Assembly (NCBI RefSeq): GCF_004010195.1
Contig: NW_025215293.1
Coordinates: forward strand, 20,372-84,371
DNA: 64,000 nt
DNA from: Chiloscyllium plagiosum
Lineage: Eukaryota
Direction of reading: 5' to 3'
Each line of letters begins with the position of its first letter. Positions within the stretch are counted from its first letter, which is position 1. The notes beneath the pieces were generated by a model. The model was not told the origin of the DNA, searched no databases, and saw nothing but the letters and a program-made list of their open reading frames with translations. The position numbers and the translations under genes are program-made. This document shows positions 62,018 through 64,000 of the stretch, in pieces.

Positions 62018-62197
62018 TTTTGCAAGGTTTGTGAAGGTTTGTAGCTCAGGTTGAGGTTTAGGGTGTAGGTTTGCTCGCTGAGCTGTAGGTTTGATATCCA
62101 GACTCCACTTGGAGGTCGCCACTGATGATGTTACCTAGCCAGGTAATGAAACGTCTGGATGTCAAACCTACAGCTCAGCGAGCAAACCTACAGCCTA
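62018..62197. mobile_element. Palindromic Penelope-type element (family C) nested in another Penelope
   Basis: Inverted arms; 13-bp duplication AACCACAGAAGGT (62005-17 / 62198-210). Confidence 0.88.
62119..62158 (+). ncRNA. Minimal type I hammerhead ribozyme (family C)
   Basis: CCA-CTGATGA-T-GTTACCT-AGCC-AGGTAAT-GAAAC-GTC-TGG; stem I CCA/TGG; predicted cleavage after 62155. Confidence 0.8.
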
Positions 62198-62577
62198 AAC
62201 CACAGAAGGTGTAACATCTGTCGTGTACATCCTCCTTCCTCAGTATCCAAGGGCCCAAACACACCTTCCAGGTGAAGTAACGCTTTACCTGCACTTCACT
62301 CAGTCTAGCCTACTGCATTCGCTGCTCACAATGGTGTCCCCTCTACACTGGGGTGTCGAGGGTACACTGGGGTACACTGGAGTGTAGACTGGGCAATGTG
62401 GAAAATGGCAGCTTTGTGGAACACCTACATTCTGTCCACAAAGAAGACCCTGAGACTCCAGTCGCCTTACCCCCTCACCCCACCCGGTCTTCTGCATAAA
62501 AACAATTTTTCTGAGCGATCGTCAGTTCTGAGGAAGGGTTGACCTGAAACGTTAACACTGATTTCTCTCCACAGACG

Positions 62578-62860
62578 TGCCACCTCACAGCACCAGGGTC
62601 CTGGGTTCGATTCCAGCCTTAGGTGACTATCTGTGTGGAGTTTGCACATTCTCCCCGTGTCTGTGTGGGTTTCCTCCGGGTGCTCCGATTTCCTCCCACA
62701 CTCCAAAGATGTGCAGGTCAGGGTGAATTGGCCATGCTAAATTGCCCGTAGTGTTAGGTGCATTAGTCAGAGGGAAATGGGTCTGGGTGGATTGCTCTTC
62801 GGAGGATCGGTGTGGGACTGGTTGGGCCATAGGGCCTGTTTCTGCACTGTAGGGAATCTT
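62578..62860 (+). mobile_element. HE1 SINE
   Basis: GGTTCGATTCC, GTGTGGAGTTTGCACATTCTCCCCG, tail. Confidence 0.88.
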
Positions 62861-63099
62861 GTGCTGAGTTTTTCCAGCAATTTCTGTTTTCGTTCCTCAA
62901 TGTAATGCTCTGGACCAATGAAGGTAATCGCACCAAATGCCATCTTCACCATTTGTGATGTTACTGTCAAGGAGTTATAAACCTGCAGCCTTCGGTCCCT
63001 CTGAAATACTCTAATCCCATTTTCCAACACTTGCCCCATAACCCTATACCCTTTGCATCAGAAGTGCATATTTAAATACTTGTTAAATAAAACCATTTA

Positions 63100-64000
63100 A
63101 AAAAAGGAGGGGCCATTCGGCCCTTGAGTCTGTAGTGCCATTCAATAGGATCGTGGTCGATCCTACAATCCACACATTCAATTTCCTGCCTTTGCACTTA
63201 ATTCCCCCACCTATCTCTCTCTCTCAGCCTTAAGTAAACACAAGGACTCTGTTCCCACATCTCTCTGTGACAAGCATCACCAAAGACTCTCAACCCTCAG
63301 ACAAAAGCAATTCCTCTTCATCTGAGTCTCACACTGGAGCCCCTTTATTCAGAGACTGTGCCCCTCTGGTCCTAGACTCTCCCCCGAGTGAAAGCATCCT
63401 GTCAAGCCCCTGAAGCAGCCGATATGTTTCAATGAGATTCCCTCTGCCACAGTGAGTACAGCCCAATCCTGTTTGACCTTTGCTCAAAAGCCAATCCCTC
63501 CAAACTGGGATCATCTGAATGTATCTGCTCTGAACTGCCTCCAATGGAAGTTATACAATTTTTCCCTTCGGGACTGAAACTGCCCACATTACTCCCAATG
63601 CAGTGTGTACAGGTGCAGGAAGACTTGCCTTCTCTTAGACCATAAGACCACATGATATAGGAGCAGAATTAGGCCATTCAGCCCTTTGAGTGTGCTCTGC
63701 CATTCGATTATGGTTGATATGCTGCTCAACTCCATTCTCGCACCTTCTCCCTGTAACCCTTGATCCCCCCTCACCATAGAACAGAGAACATAGAACATTA
63801 CAGCCCAGTACATGCCCTTCGGTGCTCAATGTTGCACTGACCTGTGGAACAATCTGAAACTTATCTACCCTACACAATTCCATTTTCATCCATATGTTTA
63901 TCCAATGACCATTGAAATGTCCTTAAAGTTGGCGAGTCCACTACTGTTGCTGGCAGTGAATTCCACACTATTCTCTGAGTAAAGAAACTACATCTGACAT
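63100..64000 (-). mobile_element. Stacked CR1 3'-end fragments
   Basis: GNLIETYRLLQGLDR..GESRTRG; (CATAAGAC)/(CATAGAA) tails. Confidence 0.75.

Larger units (their letters stand above)
60875..62575. mobile_element. Penelope-like element in head-to-head arrangement (minus 3' end ~60875-61480; plus RT thumb/GIY-YIG ~61500-62575)
   Basis: GDRLATNIHYKPTHSHSYLEYTSSHP; CNHRR|CNIC linker; FTCTSLSLAYCIRCSQ; family D HHR-like CTGAAGA..GAAACGTT at ~60978-61007 (-). Confidence 0.8.

Noticed and set aside
9170..62860. tRNA-like A/B-box sequences as tRNA genes
   Set aside because: They are SINE heads followed by HE1 body and tail, with no complete cloverleaf.

Overview
Repeat-dense vertebrate genomic DNA. 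The repeat complement (HE1-type tRNA SINEs, CR1/HER1 LINEs, DeuSINE/SacSINE1-like SINEs, Penelope-like elements) points to a cartilaginous fish, probably a shark; this is an inference. There is one intact protein-coding gene, a single-coding-exon P2Y/LPAR6-like delta-group GPCR (10495-11598, minus strand), with a probable non-coding first exon about 18.6 kb upstream. A GPR139/142-like GPCR pseudogene fragment (about 57446-58130, minus strand) is cut off by a CR1 insertion. Other features are a ~9.5 kb 21-bp satellite with higher-order structure and nested insertions (32510-42010), a SINE-derived 51-bp minisatellite, a decayed Gypsy LTR-PBS-gag fragment, candidate solo LTRs, a Tigger-like MITE and a 325-N assembly gap. 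The most notable pattern is at least four sequence families of minimal type I hammerhead ribozymes in Penelope-like termini. Several sit in short (50-230 bp), often palindromic, non-coding insertions flanked by 12-15 bp target-site duplications. Repeat boundaries were read by eye and are approximate.
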